A DNA stretch of 64,000 bases from Phoronis australis (lineage: Eukaryota > Animalia > Phoronida), in contig NMRA01000006.1 in assembly GCA_002633005.1 (NCBI GenBank), forward strand, positions 940,730-1,004,729. The letters run 5' to 3'. This document shows, piece by piece, positions 25,943 to 38,368 of this stretch. The stretch's first letter is position 1, and every line of letters begins with the position of its first letter. The notes beneath the pieces were generated by a model that was not told where the DNA came from, made no database searches, and saw only the letters and a program-made list of their open reading frames with translations. Both the position numbers and the translations under genes were made by a program.

Positions 25943-27531
25943 ACAGATCAACTGCGAATGAAAACCGCTGACAGGGCGCGCGGAAGTTCCGACACTCACG
26001 ATTTCTAATTCGATCAGAAATGTCGTGGGGGCATTTCTGGCTGTTTTCGGACACATACTTCTTCGTCGGACCAAAAATAAAATCTAAACTGCAGGTTTTG
26101 TTTCCCTCGGCCAGCCGCTCTTCGTAGAAAATTCTCACCTCTCGGCGTTGCTTTGCTGTCAAATTTAGGCATCTATCTAGATGATTTTGTGCGCTAGAAC
26201 TTTCCAATGCGAACTGATATCCACAACAAAACCGAGGAATTTGGCCCGGTCGCATATGACGACCTGCCGATTTTCATAGCGTCGAGGGCTTCCTATGCTT
26301 TCTATACTGTGTATGCTTCTGTGGTTTGAAATATTTTGCATCCCAACAGGCTTCGTCGTTTTTTCGATGTAATGCCGAAGCTAACGAAATAGTGTTTCAT
26401 TTTTCAGTCCAACTGTGTCCTGTTTCGTACTCGAATGTCTTCAACTATGTAACAGGTGTTCTAAATAAAATTATCTCTTTGAAATGAATATTACTATTTT
26501 CCAACGTCCAAATCCTTCAGTAACATAAGAACCGTAAAAACGTGTTCCAATGTATCTTGTTTAAGTTATGAGATACTACATGTATTTGCATCACTAATTT
26601 TAACTTTCTGATTTCTAATTTTATATGTAAAATTTTGTATGAATGTCTGACTAAATTACCCACAGCAAGTGTGAGAGTTCCATATTTTCTAAAACCTTTG
26701 TCATCATAGCGTCGAAATCTTTTGAATCATTCAGAAGTTATTTCCCAAAATGGCGTAGTCATTTCTATAACCTTTCTGATTCAGTGTCTTTTTATGTTAC
26801 TATTGCATGCTGTTATTTTTCGCATTTTCATATTACACTATGCGAAATGATAATTACCAATTTGAAACCCAGAGTTGATGAAAATGCGCGCTTTCAGAAA
26901 TAGCAACATATTTCTAAATATCTTGCGTTTAAATGTTGACACCAATATCACATTTCTTAAAATATAAACAATGAAAGCATGAACATTTATAACGAGTCGA
27001 TAGCTTCCATTCTTAAATTCAAAACGACAGCAAAATCATATTTTTCACTGAAGCTTCATAAAATTAACTCTTCGTACAGCCTTTTTTACAATCACGCCAG
27101 AACTGACTAGTACGTCAGTTTTTTTTTCAAAAAGTAAACTGTCTTAAGTTTTAACCCCTGCAATGAAGTCAGTTGCCTCAGTTATCTACTTTTAGCTTAA
27201 AGCAATACCATTAACGGCAGAGGCAGATTTCTGACCGGAAAAGCTGAAATCCCGTTTTTTGTAGAGTGCCCATATTTACCAGTAACACTACGCACTCCAT
27301 GTGTGTAATTTAACTACAGACGCGGCTTATTTTTTAATATTACCACATCAAATTTCAGCCTTAAAACTTCAGTCAGTCTACTTATAAAGAGATCCGTCTC
27401 AAATTTTGAGTTATGTTTTAGCGAAACACATAGATCGAAACGTCGAAATGCTTACGGATGTTAAATAGTTATTAATCGTTCGGCAGGATTATTATTTTGT
27501 GAAGAATATTTTTTAATTTTCTTAATTCCAG

Positions 27532-27656
27532 ACACAAGAATACATCCCCTGGGCGTCCCCGAGACCAGCCAAGACTCGATAGCGAGCAGTTGCTCAACTT
27601 CAGAAAGCGGCGCGAAAAGCACTTCGACTGTGAATGTACACCTCAAAGGAAAATTC
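27532..27656 (+). CDS. Candidate coding exon B of the unrecognised gene
   Basis: Acceptor TTTTCTTAATTCCAG; phase 1 to 0; open (DTRIHPLGVPETSQDSIASSCSTSESGAKSTSTVNVHLKGKF); donor GTAAGT. Confidence 0.6.
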
Positions 27657-28149
27657 GTAAGTGAACGACATACAAAAACATTATCGGTTTTACGACCTTA
27701 ACACAGTCAGGACAGATTTCTTGAAGTTATTAGCTTTGACCAGAGATATAAAACGATGATTAATAGTCTTTTTGTCACTTTTTACTACAAATCTCCAATT
27801 CTCGGCGTTGTCAGCATGACCGTTGGCTGAAATCAAGGCAGGTGTACCTAAAATACACCGCCATTTACGTAAAGTGGCATAGAATGTGAAAAACAGATTA
27901 AATTGCTTTGTTTATAGCGGTTCTCTGCCACTGAAAAGAAGTCGAACTCATTTAACAGGCATTTTACGGATTGGTTGGAAAACATTTTGAATTTCAGTTC
28001 ACGTCAAAACGATTTTCCTTTAGGTTCTAATTTCAATAAACGATCTGTGAACTGCTCGTCACTTCGTCGATTTTTCTCCCACACGGCAACACACTCCTCT
28101 TTATTTGAAATGGCAAAAGGCAGAAGTATGGAAAAAGTAAATTTTGACC

Positions 28150-28275
28150 TTTGATGTAAAGAAAACAATGGCGCTTTCAAGCCTCAGCCAGTCCGATGTC
28201 TTTCAGCGCATGCGCGCATATGTATTATTGTAGGCATGGAGCATGACAACTGTTTTGGGGTGAAAGAGTTTTTAT
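28150..28275 (+). repeat. Dispersed repeat copy related to 63752-63995
   Basis: Shared blocks AAAACAATGGCG.TTTCA...CAGCCAGTCCGA, GCGCATGCGC and TGAAAGAGTTTTT in the same order. Confidence 0.55.
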
Positions 28276-28599
28276 TTCTTTCGTCTGTGCTTCCAAAGCA
28301 GTAAATGACGATTTTTTTCTAGAAACCCTTGCAATGCTCAAAGTGAATAACTTTCACGTTAGCTTTCCCAAGAAATAGGTTCGCCACGCTCTGTTTAAAA
28401 TGCTTCTTTGAAGCATAGACACCTGTAGCCCTGGAATCATGCCAACTCCTTCACGCAACCTATATACATATATATTAGTGGAGTTTGAGGCCGGAGACTA
28501 AACGCGAGAGCTTGCAGTGAGAATTTGGTGGCATTTGGTTTCTAAGTACTTGTTCTGCAATTAAAGATGAAAAGTTTAGACACTACTTGTAAGTGTGCG

Positions 28600-28955
28600 T
28601 ATATCCCCGTCACGTGACTGAAATCAGAGGCGCGGTGCCACTACGGTTTTGGATCAAAACCGCCATCACCGTAGTGACACAGCCAGTAGTATTTCATAGT
28701 TTTCCCTTATCCATCACACGTTTTCGCCACGGGATCGCCAGTCTATGTTTTCGGCGATTGCACGGCGGTTGTGCTGCGGAAGCACGGCGGTGATGGAAAT
28801 GCTGCTGCAATCCTTGTACGGTGCCACGGCGGTCGTGACGGTGTCGCGACGATCCCACTGTGGATTGGCCCAACCCACGGTGGCACTGCGGAAGTTTTGA
28901 ACATGTTCAAATTAGTATCCGTCGTGACACGGCGCAACCTCAGCAGCACGAGATC
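28600..28955. repeat. GC-rich CACGG-motif interspersed repeat (MITE-like)
   Basis: Local GC jump with repeated CACGG(C/T)GG motifs and AACATGTTCAAA near the end. Family not assignable. Confidence 0.4.
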
Positions 28956-28970
28956 GAAGGTGGCATTCCA

Positions 28971-29262
28971 CAGGGTGTTCCATCGAAACAGGAACCCTGG
29001 GGATAGAAATCAGAACCCGAAGCTAAGCAGTCCGAAAAGCAGGAACACCGACCTTTAAATCAGAGATCCCGGGGATCGAGCATTAAACTCGGGAACCAAA
29101 AAAAAAAAACGTCCGGCTTTCCTATACGGTCCCAGGGACTCCAGTTTTAAAGGTTGGGTTCCTGTTTTTCGGAATGGTTAGTTGATTCGAAGGTGCGGGA
29201 GTGTGTTTTCGACTCCAGGATACCTTTTTACACCGGGGCTCCTTTTTCGCTGAAACACCCTG
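28971..29262. mobile_element. Palindromic MITE with CAGGGTGTT termini
   Basis: CAGGGTGTTCCA..GAAA / TTTCGCTGAAACACCCTG; inner arms CCGAAAAGCAGGAAC..ACCTTTAAA / TTTAAAGGT..GTTCCTGTTTTTCGG. Confidence 0.7.
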
Positions 29263-29991
29263 TTTCAGGGCTAGAGTTCAATGTTTAAAGTCAGCCAACA
29301 GAGCGTTTGGCGGCGACACGAAAATTGCAGGTTCGAATGCAGGCTGTGACTGATCTCTGAAGAAAATCTTTCATTTTAATAATGTCCCTTTAAGAGGATT
29401 TGACACAGTTTGCCAAAACGAGGTTGTTTTACGACATTGGGTGCATATGATTTTTGTAAGTAAAAGATTCTTTAATTTAAAAAAGTTGACTATCTATGCA
29501 TGGATTTTGGAGCTCTGGAAGCCCAGTTTGAACTGTGGTGGTGATTTCAAAGAATATTTCCAACAGTTTATTGCTTGACTAAGTAAACGAAAATGGGCTT
29601 TTTGTTTCCAAGCAACAGCCGATAGAAAGGACATAATGCAGTGCGTAAACTTGGAATCTTGTCGCGTATGCGTGAACTTGGAACTGAATATTCATTTAGG
29701 TAATCAGGTTATTTTTTTCAGAGTAAAGAATTTTTGTAAATATTGGCCTCGCGAACGCCCATTTTCTCCTTAAGCCTAACTTATGTCAAAGAATCGGAGG
29801 AAGTTGTGAATGGTAAAATCAATTATTGTTTGGTGCATAAGATCGCCAGTAGTCGGGAAATATTGGTTAAAATTTACGTTATTTTATTAACATGTAATTT
29901 GATTTGGTGCAGTGCAGATTTTTATCAACGTGAGCGTCATTGAGTGAGATTGTCAACTTTACTCGTGTATCCCAAGTATATACGTGATCTT

Positions 29992-30272
29992 TTGATTAGG
30001 CAATACTACAGTTCTTGACTACAGGCTGTATGCAGTGATATCTCGTAGACCCCATAAAGGGACTTCATTAATTTTTACAAATATGTTTCTGTGTCTAGAT
30101 TTCTTCGGTGAAATTTCATGAAATTTGGTCAAAATGTTTCTATACAGGAAACGATGGCAGGTGCATGTTTTCGAATGATTCTAACCTGTGCTGTCTCACC
30201 ACTGAGTTATAGCATTTAAGAAAATGTTCATATGCCTAACCTGTGCATCCCGTCAGCGGGTAACTGTTGTTG
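29992..30272 (+). mobile_element. Short HINE-like element
   Basis: Sub-TIRs TTAGGCA (29997) and TGCCTAA (~30233), 3' hairpin CCCG-TCAG-CGGG, then TGTTGTT. Internal TTCATGAAATTTGG is shared with the 6276-7364 element. Confidence 0.5.
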
Positions 30273-33200
30273 TGGCCTGGTCCACTTTATTACTTGAAAA
30301 TCATAACATAAAATATAATATAAAGTCATTTCAATCTGAGTACTGTCATATCTACAGTAGGCTCAATGTTTAATTGATTCCATAAAAACGAGTTTTGTCA
30401 CTTGTTGTCACACTCCCATAAGCGTTAAAAATTCCATTCCTTAAAAATATTAGAGCAGCGGTTTTTAAGTTTTCGTGTTAGCCAATGATTACATCTATCA
30501 AAATAAATCTGAATTGATCTCAGTACTAATCAATGTTCAAACCAAAATGATCATTTCACCACAATAAGAAGCTTAGAACGTACTTCAGAAAATTTCAGCA
30601 ATTCAGGCAGAACCAAAGTCACGTTAAAAGGATACTAAACTATGCTTTGATGATTTCAACCAATCCTCTTTCTGTCACCTATTGGCGCCAAACTTGCACG
30701 ATAAAGTCAGGGATCAACTAAAAATTCATACCTACTATCTAACCAATTGGGCACTATGATCTGTAGTGAGTGGTCTTATCTCACAGTTGCCGAATAATTC
30801 GCTAGACGTGTAGGTCACGCTTGCCCGTTTAGCAGACTTTTAAAGGAGTTTTCAAACTTTCCTCCAAACTTCTAGGGTTAGGGAGCATTATTTTGTTCTA
30901 GACAACTGCATGGGAAGGTCGTTTTAGTGTTTCTTAATAGGTCAGAATTGGTGTTGCTTTGAAAGTCAACATGCCTAATGTGTTGCCATGGCGACGTTGT
31001 ACCATGATAAAGTTGTGGGGGAGGAGGATTTGAGTAAGCTTCATACTTCATAATCCAAATGTAGCCTATTTCTGTAAATAAATGAAGATTTTTCGCATTT
31101 TGTTGCTTTGGTATAACCTAAAGTAGAAAGCAATTATGAAGTTACAAAACATGAATCAAAACACAATTTATGCATAAAATATCGAAAATAGTGTCCTATT
31201 GTGACACACATACCTTGAAAAAACGATTTCAAAACAATTTCAATTATTATTAGAAGAGTGAAAGGTCAATTGAATGGTCACTTCATATTCAAAATAAAAA
31301 AATCCTTACAGTTATAGCTAAAACACCGAGGGCTTGCATTTTTGTAGCAACGCAATGTTTCATACGTATATATTCACAAATGCACAGTAAACGCTAGAAC
31401 ATGCTTTTCAGTTCAGCAAAAGTCGCCATGTTGTCGATGCAACGTGAATTGTAAACCCCTTGACCTTATCTCCGCTGTCACGTGATGGATGCAGCGAAAT
31501 TATTTTATCAATTTTACTTGGAAGTAGACATGTATCACTGCACATTATGTGTTTCATGTCCCTTCTTCCTCACAATCTGCGTGTTTTTTGGTATTGGGAA
31601 ATTGCCTGTTTTGGAATGCAAAAACTTGTCATTTTCTTCCTCACCTTTGAAGGCCTGTAGATAAAAATAAGAGTGACTGCACGACTAGGCAAAAGTGGAA
31701 ACATTAAATATAATAGATTTATAGACCTATAGCTTTTTTGTACACCGGGATGGAATGATTAGTAGGTGGCATATTTTTAGGTTTGAAAAATTAATCGGTT
31801 TCTGTAAAATTGGCCCTTTTGTATTTTGGGGTTAAAATCTGATGGGTGTTGACGTCAGTTTCAGAAAACTTTAGACAACTGCTGCAAATCGCCTGTGAAA
31901 GTGCTTAACACTTATTGCACGAATGTTGTTATCCTAGATTAGTCAGGATACGCCAAATTTCGTTGAAAATACTGCATTTGAAACATATTTTGAGCCTTAT
32001 TCCTTGAGGGGTTATCGTGTTGAGAATATAGGCTTCATTTATGCGCATCTGCTCACTGCGTGTAACATTCCAAAGAATAAATAAACACCATGTCTGAAAG
32101 AAGATTCTTTAGTGTACCAGTTGATGTAAATATTTCCCTGGATTGTAACCTGTACAGCTCTTGACCCCCTACTAACATAACCAGTGTCACCTAATGTCCG
32201 CTGGATGGCAATATATGCCCTAGCCCTGATTTCCGCATCAGAATAACTAAAATTGTTTACTAGTTTCTAAACAAACTTGAAACAGGTAGATAACTTGAAA
32301 GTTAAACCTTGTTGGATGCAAAACCAAAAATGTTTTCTTGAATTCCATATTTGGAAGCTTTTCTTGCCAACGCATAATGCCACCTTGTGTCGGACTTCAA
32401 GACTACGCGAGCTCGACGTGGTGCAGTTGCTAGGTTTCAGATTGTGAAACGACCCTAACAACAGAACATTTGTTACATGCGTTCCCCGAATTTAGATTCT
32501 TAGCAACGTTGGCTGAAGTGGATAATTGTTCTGTCAATGATTACATTTGTTTCTTGAGTGAAAAGAAGGTGATGTCTCAAGAGATGAACTGCTGGGTTCT
32601 CTTCTGCCTTCTGGTAAAAACTGAACATTCAAAATTTAGACCAATGAGCGAGAAATGTGGATACCCGTGAAAATACCAGACGATGAAATCTCTCATTCCA
32701 ACCAAAGTGATATGAATGAGTACAATATTTATCAGAGACAATAAATAACACGGCGAAATACCCACTTGAGTTGGCCGAATGCCTATCACCAACCCAACCT
32801 ATGGGACAGCCCCGAGGTTTACAGTTTTAGAAATCTAGGAATGAGTTCATTTGAGTAATCTTTTTAATGTGCTGTGTGCCACTTGTGTTTTTTGTTTTTA
32901 TCAAATGATTCTTGACGCAACAAATTTTTCTGTTAATTAGGTCAACTCAAGAGATAATAATAAGACACCGATTTCAACATTCGTGGCGAGCCATGTTCCA
33001 ACATTGCTGCAGTTTGCCTGATTCTTCCATGCTGGCACTCATAACAGGTCAACAAGTGCAAAATTGGTGATTTTTGTATCAGAGTCACACCACGATCACA
33101 TACACAAAGTTAAAGCTGCATCGGAAAGATGGGATGGCTTTTAAAACTGCTTATAAACGGGCAAACATAACACACGCTTTAGAGAGGCACACTGCAAGCA

Positions 33201-33420
33201 ATCCACGAAAACCATAATGTTCAAATTGTGACACAGAGAGTTTGAGTTTTTAGTGAGACGCCATTGATGCATTAGCAAGTGACAAACTGAGGATTCGTTG
33301 AAATCACAAAAACAGAACTGGGTATATTGAGTGTACTTTTAGAAGAAAATTTAGTTCCAATGCACGATGGCTGCTTTTTATCTAAAGCCTAATTACGAAT
33401 TCATTCTTTCTCTTTTCTAG

Positions 33421-33534
33421 AAGCGACGGCTTGCAAAGATGAAAAAGAAAGATAAAGATTTTATTCATAGAACTTTTAGAAAAAAAATCCAAAAGTGTTA
33501 CAGGAAGACGGGCCTTGTTTGGTTTGAGAGCAAA
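33421..33534 (+). CDS. Candidate coding exon C of the unrecognised gene
   Basis: Strong acceptor TTCTTTCTCTTTTCTAG; 114 nt open in phase 0-0 (KRRLAKMKKKDKDFIHRTFRKKIQKCYRKTGLVWFESK); donor GTAAGT. Confidence 0.6.
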
Positions 33535-33728
33535 GTAAGTACAAAAGTGTTATTGCATTATGGTGTTTGATTATTAAAAGTAAATATTTCATTTAGTTAT
33601 AATGGTCTTTTAAATTTCACGCAAAAAGTCGGAATGTCTGAGCACCGTGATCAGACCACGATGCATTGCACGCGTGCGTCAAGAACATAGACATCATAGA
33701 CATCTTAATACTATGATAGACATATTAA

Positions 33729-35035
33729 AGGCGAAGGCAACCTTTTTCATGTCACTTTTAAGGTCTGTTGATTATCCCAGACATATTTTTCACTTAATTA
33801 CAGCTTTTCGTAATTTAATTAATTTCTCGTCCTCTACTACGGAAGTAACGTTTTGGGAGGCAAGAATTTCGCGCCAATTTCTTTTCATACAGTCAGACTG
33901 TGAGAGCTGTCAAGTCAGTCATTGTTCTACCTAGGATGTGGTATGTTCGGTCGTCGTTTGCTTTTGTTTACGAGTAAGTCAACATGACACACTGTTGCTG
34001 CGTACCAGGATGTACTCATTATCGTCTCACACGCGCTTTGGGTACCTTGCATCGCTTTCCGAAGGATGACACACTTCGTCGTTCTTGGCTAGCTCGTTCG
34101 TGTGAAGAACGCAGCGCTACCCGTCCACGCAACGTACAAAGCAGTGGCAAGCATTTTCAGCCGTCAGATTACGACAGAGGTATGTACGCTGAATTGATGA
34201 AGGTCCCTGCGAAACAACACCTAAAAGAAGGGTTCCATACTGTCGCTGTTGATTCCCGGCAGTGCCCCGTCGCCACCCCCGAGAAGTACGTTTTTGAAGC
34301 GAGAAGCCTCGCGAGCTGTGGCCACTATAAACAGTGACTGGAGACACTGTCACCCATGCCTCCGAATGTAACCCCATAGCGTGCAATTCCTGGAACTAGC
34401 AGCGATTCCCCGTGTGCTGTTGTCTCTAGCCCAGAGCCTGTAAGCAGCCCTGCAGCGATGTTGAGTAGTGGGAGTGAATACAGGCCCAGTTTGACACCCA
34501 GTGAAAAGGACAGTTCGTCATCCAATCACAGAACAGATCGGTGAGCCTAAGTTTGATAAGTTTATTGTGGACTTGTATTGGAGCTATTTAGAAGGTGGCA
34601 CGTGTGTGACGAAGGAGTCGCACGGCGGGATGTAAGCAGTTTGGGTGCTCAAGTCACCATCCACGGAGTGTGTCGCGGGACACTCGGGCAAGTGGGACAG
34701 TTCTTCCTCTTTACGCGAGACGATAATGAGTACATCTCGGTATAGGCAACAACAGCGTGGCATGTTGACTCATGACTCGTAAACAAAAGCAAACGACGAC
34801 CGAACTTATCACAACCGAGGTAGAACAATGACTGACTCGACTGCCCTCACAGTCATCAGAATGTATGAAAAGAAATTGGCGCGAAATTCTTGCCTCCCAA
34901 AGCGTCACTCCTGGAGTAGACGACGAGTAATTAATTAAATTACGAAAAGCTGTAAATAAGTGAAAAATATGTCTGGGATAATCAACGAACCCTATTTTTG
35001 CTCAAAATGACAGGAAAAAAAGGTTGCCTTCGCCT
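33729..35035 (+). mobile_element. Kolobok-type DNA transposon derivative 1
   Basis: Termini AGGCGAAGGCAACC / GGTTGCCTTCGCCT, flanked by TTAA and TTAT. About 300-bp inverted arms. Confidence 0.85.
33984..34710 (+). pseudogene. THAP-domain transposase 5' part, frameshifted and truncated
   Basis: THAP signature CCVPGC...LHRFPKD..LRRSW...KHFQPSDY...LKEG. Downstream pieces KFIVD, LELF and GHSGKWDSS are typical of Kolobok transposase N-termini. Confidence 0.8.
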
Positions 35036-35927
35036 TTATGTGATGTCTATATGGTCAAGAGGTTTCTCAATAAGTCTCGCGACATCTGGTGAGCCGACTA
35101 CGTATAGCGTCTAATGTATTATATTTAGGTCACATGTTCGTCGTTCGACCGTTCAGAGCTCTATGAAATAGACACGATTTTGTCTTTATCTCATATAAAA
35201 CGTTGTTTATATTGGCATATAATTCTAAATTCAATAACCGTAATTGCTACACCAAAGCAAGTACCACTTTGGCTTGCATTAAAGTTTCACAAATTTGACA
35301 CCGCAATAACCACATAAAATATGCAGGTTGCGCGTGCACGTGAGTTGAATGAGCGTCAAGCCATCAATCGTACCTTTATTCTACTTTATTCTCGCTACTG
35401 TTTTTGCTGTGACTGTTTGCATTTTCAAAAAAGTGTCCAATAGGATACCACTGAGTCAAACAAGCAGGTGCTACAGAAATGTGAGCATGCCGGAAAAGAC
35501 TCAGAGCTGAGGATTGACGCTACCTTCGAAAAAACTCAATTTGTTTGATGACAATGTAGTTGTAATGCCCATTTATATTGCACATCAGTTTACTTACTCT
35601 GTCACTGTAGCCTAAATACGGCCATGGTTCAGTAGGGTACTTAGGCCTACTCTCTTACAGCTAAGACCATCAATCATTAGGTTACTTACTTCCATGACTG
35701 CCAATAACATGACTCAGTAGGGCACTTTCTCTGTGCCTGCCAAGACTGTAACTCAGTAATGTACATACAGAGGATTAACATGGTGGTACTGTACGCTGCT
35801 AATGTACTATCAGTCCAGCAATTCAGTCAAGTGGGTTCCATTTTGTATACTCTATAAATCTAAGCTTTAATTCTGTAACATGGGTTTCTAATCGTGGAGT
35901 AAAAGACTACTTAACCAAAAGCTCGTA

Positions 35928-36138
35928 CATAGGCGGATTTAGGGGGGGGGGGGGGNNGGGGGGGGGGGCGCAAAAAAATAAAACAGCAAGAGCGTAGGGA
36001 AATGATGAGTTTATTAATTAACCTCTAGCTCCCTACCTCCCCCCATTCGGTGCTATGCGCATCTACAATCGTGCTTGCAGCAAATGTTTACAGACAAAAT
36101 GTTGCCCCCCCCCTTGTGATATCCTATATCCGCCACTG
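35928..36138. mobile_element. hAT-like MITE
   Basis: Imperfect termini CATAGGCGGATTTAGG / CCTATATCCGCCACTG with G- and C-runs inside; same end type as at 19526. Confidence 0.55.
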
Positions 36139-36373
36139 TTGTACTGTTCACTATCACTGCCATTTCCACGAACGTATATCTGACATAGGTATTTTCCCAC
36201 AACTCCCACCTTCAGTGAACAGAAATGTCGAAATGTTTATCACTGGAGAAGGTGCTGAAATGGACTTAACTTATCTATCTCGTGGTCTCACCAGATGTCG
36301 CAAGATCAGCGAAGGTTTGCTGGATCTGGAAAATTATACGTAAAGTATTGGCATATCTTACTATTATTTACAG

Positions 36374-36460
36374 CGGGAAGTGCCACCAAACTGTGTTTAT
36401 GTTAAAACTGAACTTGGTAACGCCGATATATTCTACACACGAGCTGTCTTTCCACCAACG
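36374..36460 (+). CDS. Candidate exon D (REVPPNCVYVKTELGNADIFYTRAVFPPT)
   Basis: Acceptor TATTATTTACAG, 87 nt, donor ACG|GTGAGT. A second frame is also open. Confidence 0.45.
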
Positions 36461-37477
36461 GTGAGTGCGTAATAAACCTTGCATAGCCAGCTGCCTTTGG
36501 ATAATAAAGAATATACATGTAACTTGCGATATAGTGAGACAAGTAAGTTTAGATATCCAGGTTTTTTTGGTGATTACATGACGCCTTAAACTAAACACCA
36601 GTTTTGAAAAAATCGTGGCTGAAGGTCAACTGACCCAAAAGGTCTCCAACTTATGAGTCAAGTTGGAGGACCAGTGGTTGAAATTAATGTTTTTTGTCTT
36701 TGGCAGCTTGGGTGGCATTTCCAACATGATCAGCAGATCTCAGAAAACTGGCATCATTGTTTTAGTCACTCACAAAAAATTATCAACTGGTCAACATACA
36801 CAGTAGTTGTGCAACCATTTCCATACGCCCATTGCTCCCAGTTACAAAAGGTTATTAAACTCTGTAATGGTGATTTCAACACTCCACTGTAAACATCCCT
36901 GGAATGATAAGAGCCGGATTCAACATAAGCACAGTTCATATTAAAGCCGGTATCACCTGAATATTTGGTTCCTACAGCATGTTAAGAGCATCCCTCTGAG
37001 CCCACTAGTGCTATAAATTGTCAAATGTAACGAACTGCGCGTTTTGGCTTGCTTTTGTTTACGTCACCATAATACGTTCTCCATAATACCTGCAATCACT
37101 CAAACAAGGGACATCTTGAATCTTACACAAGGAATAGGTTTAAAGGCGAAGGCAACCTTTTTCCATGTCATTTTGAGCTAAAATAAGGTTGGTTGGTTAT
37201 CCTAGACATATTTTCCACTTAATTACAGCTTTTCGTAATTCTATTAATTACTCGTCCGCTACTGCGCAAGTGACTTTTTCGGAGGCAAGCGTTTCCCGCC
37301 ACTTGGTTTTGCGTTGACTTTACCGTGCGAATCTGTTCTATTCTATTCTTGTTTTGTGCTGTTTTTCAACAATTGTCGCCACCACTTTCCATCGGCGAGT
37401 ATTCTGCGGCAAGATAGGTTAGTAGAGAACTCAACCACGTTGGATTTAGGGAATGTTTAGTGTATTGTAAGCTGTAA

Positions 37478-37728
37478 ATGGCTGGAGTCGGTGACCCGTA
37501 TCACAGTGACAGTAGTGTGAGTGACGGAGACCTGGTTCACAGCAGTGGTGACGAGGAATTTTTTCACGGACATTCAATGGGTGGGTACATGTTTGAGCCC
37601 GAGTGTAACGAGGCAGAGTACGCACAGGCATAGGCAGCTGTTGAGAGAAACGAGGCGGCTACTGAGGACAGACGTGGTGACACATCTTGGTGCAAATGCA
37701 CTGTGTGCGTTGTTATGCCTACCTCAAT
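37478..37728 (+). pseudogene. P2X7 C-terminal (ballast)/nanor-like Cys-rich protein, 5' part (Kolobok accessory gene)
   Basis: MAGVGDPYHSDSSVSDGD...GGYMFEPECNEAEYAQA*AAVERNEAATEDRRGDTSWCKCTVCVVMPTS. One in-frame TAG at 37631; runs into the gap. Confidence 0.75.
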
Positions 37729-38368
37729 NNNNNNNNNNNNNNNNNNNNNNNNNNNNNNNNNNNNNNNNNNNNNNNNNNNNNNNNNNNNNNNNNNNNNNNN
37801 NNNNNNNNNNNNNNNNNNNNNNNNNNNNNNNNNNNNNNNNNNNNNNNNNNNNNNNNNNNNNNNNNNNNNNNNNNNNNNNNNNNNNNNNNNNNNNNNNNNN
37901 NNNNNNNNNNNNNNNNNNNNNNNNNNNNNNNNNNNNNNNNNNNNNNNNNNNNNNNNNNNNNNNNNNNNNNNNNNNNNNNNNNNNNNNNNNNNNNNNNNNN
38001 NNNNNNNNNNNNNNNNNNNNNNNNNNNNNNNNNNNNNNNNNNNNNNNNNNNNNNNNNNNNNNNNNNNNNNNNNNNNNNNNNNNNNNNNNNNNNNNNNNNN
38101 NNNNNNNNNNNNNNNNNNNNNNNNNNNNNNNNNNNNNNNNNNNNNNNNNNNNNNNNNNNNNNNNNNNNNNNNNNNNNNNNNNNNNNNNNNNNNNNNNNNN
38201 NNNNNNNNNNNNNNNNNNNNNNNNNNNNNNNNNNNNNNNNNNNNNNNNNNNNNNNNNNNNNNNNNNNNNNNNNNNNNNNNNNNNNNNNNNNNNNNNNNNN
38301 NNNNNNNNNNNNNNNNNNNNNNNNNNNNNNNNNNNNNNNNNNNNNNNNNNNNNNNNNNNNNNNNNNNN
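37729..38368. other. Assembly gap (640 N)
   Basis: Run of N. Confidence 1.

Noticed and set aside
29270-29350. tRNA or tRNA-derived SINE head (GGTTCGAATGC B-box-like)
   Set aside because: No convincing A-box, cloverleaf or tail.
29613-29699. Possible phase 1-1 exon (TADRKDIMQCVNLESCRVCVNLELNIHL)
   Set aside because: The phase does not fit the neighbouring candidate exons and the splice sites are weak.
36650-36960. Harbinger/ISL2EU transposase relic on the minus strand (GDTGFN...LIIP)
   Set aside because: Only a few residues match, there are many stops, and no termini were found.
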